From assembly GCA_035999335.1 (NCBI GenBank), contig DASYGV010000094.1, positions 21,652-85,651 of the forward strand: a DNA stretch of 64,000 bases, given 5' to 3'. The notes below the pieces were generated by a model. That model saw nothing but the letters and a program-made list of their open reading frames with translations. It was not told the origin of the DNA and did no database searches. This DNA is from Thermoanaerobaculia bacterium. GTDB lineage: Bacteria; Acidobacteriota; Thermoanaerobaculia; Gp7-AA8. This document shows positions 63,275 to 64,000 of the stretch, in pieces. The position numbers and the translations under genes are program-made. Within the stretch, counting starts at the first letter, position 1, and the number at the start of each line of letters is the position of its first letter.

Positions 63275-64000
63275 GGCTGCACCTCGACGCTCTGGTCCGG
63301 ATCGAACTCGAGCTTGTCGCCGGTCTTGACGATGGGAATCGAGTCGACGCCGTCGACACGCAGGCGCACGCGATGGAGACCGGCGACGTCGGGCGCGTCG
63401 AACTTGACCACGGTCGGATCGTCGTTGGTGGCGGGAACGGCGAGCGGCGTCTTCACCGGCTTCGGCGCGCTGCCGTAGATCACGACGATCTGCTGGTCCT
63501 CGCGGATCTGCGGGATCGCCTCGATCGTGACTTCGAAGTCGCCGCCCGGGGCGACGACCTGCGTCGGGCTTACGGCGATGGACGGCGCGAGCGGGAACGA
63601 GACGGAGTTCGTCGCCCAAGCTACGTTGTTCGGCAGCGTGCCGGAGAGCGCGACCGTGTAGATTCCCGCGGGCCATGCCGCGGCGACGCCCGAGCCGCCG
63701 AGCGCTTCCGGGAGCGTGAAAGTCACGCGTCCCGCGTCGACGTGCGTCACCGGGAGATCGACTGCCGCGGTCATGAGCGGATGTCTGACGCGCGCGACGA
63801 GGCCGGACATGTCGAGCCGCTGGCCGTGCAGCTCGACGTCTTCGCCGAGACGTGCGGCGGCGAAGCCGGTGGCGGGCTTGGCGAAGTCGAGCACGGGAAG
63901 CGCGCCGGCGAGCGTGGTGACGCCGGAGTCGTCGGGGCCGCGCTTGAGCACCGGCAGCACGTTGCGCGAGGCGGCCTGGCTTTCGATGAGGAGCACTGTG
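63271..64000 (-). CDS. Hypothetical protein, C-terminal part (5' end beyond the window), beta-sandwich/Ig-like by composition
   Basis: The frame stays open to the window edge, and the track start at 63996 is just the first GTG. Segments such as RVTFTLPEALGG...GIYTVALSG and GGDFEVTIEA...GLHRVRLRVDGVDS look like Ig-like strands. It is translationally coupled to the ATPase. Confidence 0.5.
   Translation of the reverse strand, partial: TVLLIESQAASRNVLPVLKRGPDDSGVTTLAGALPVLDFAKPATGFAAARLGEDVELHGQRLDMSGLVARVRHPLMTAAVDLPVTHVDAGRVTFTLPEALGGSGVAAAWPAGIYTVALSGTLPNNVAWATNSVSFPLAPSIAVSPTQVVAPGGDFEVTIEAIPQIREDQQIVVIYGSAPKPVKTPLAVPATNDDPTVVKFDAPDVAGLHRVRLRVDGVDSIPIVKTGDKLEFDPDQSVEVQP

Noticed and set aside
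40017-64000. Interpreting the tail-like cluster as a prophage tail module or a T6SS
   Set aside because: No capsid, portal, terminase, integrase or lysis genes and no TssB/C/K/L/M or ClpV-type genes are in the window. The Afp15-type AAA+ ATPase and the DUF4157 cargo fit an eCIS. Only part of the locus is visible, so the rejection remains provisional.

Overview
By eye this is a high-GC (about 65-70%) chromosomal segment. The gene content looks like a soil Acidobacteria-type bacterium: an ECF sigma factor paired with a Ser/Thr kinase, and DUF11, HYR and lamin-tail secreted proteins. Taxonomy cannot be proven from the sequence alone.

Positions 1-40000 hold a mix of housekeeping and accessory genes. 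These include a DUF11 surface protein, an ECF sigma/kinase pair, a SWIM-SNF2 helicase, an HYR protein, a low-GC DUF4256 gene, glgP, a TetR regulator and a PHP/Ig/lamin-tail secreted protein. They also include an intradiol dioxygenase, putative peptidases and hydrolases, pirin, an S9 peptidase, a PLD-family protein, fadE, a YHS/OsmC/MgtC trio, and a convergent pair of an Lhr-like helicase and a nuclease-like protein.

Positions 40017-64000 on the minus strand form one long, tightly coupled operon. It encodes the baseplate, spike and AAA+ ATPase part of an extracellular contractile injection system (eCIS, a phage-tail-like particle). Between the ATPase and the tube/baseplate genes sits a cargo island: four DUF4157 (HExxH) proteins, two of them tandem LysM-bearing paralogs, plus a short Lgt-family membrane protein and an 85-aa protein. 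Sheath, tube and cap genes are not in the window and are expected beyond position 64000.

The window is also rich in palindromic intergenic repeats. One family has GGAGTGCGG...CCGCACTCC termini, and one copy of it is inserted in frame inside a baseplate gene. Another set of hairpins is built from short tandem units (TAGGAC, CAGCAC, GCGCAGG) that sit directly on stop codons. The many long Arg/Ala-rich ORFs opposite or out of frame with these genes are treated as high-GC shadow ORFs. All family assignments come from motif recognition by eye. No database search was run.
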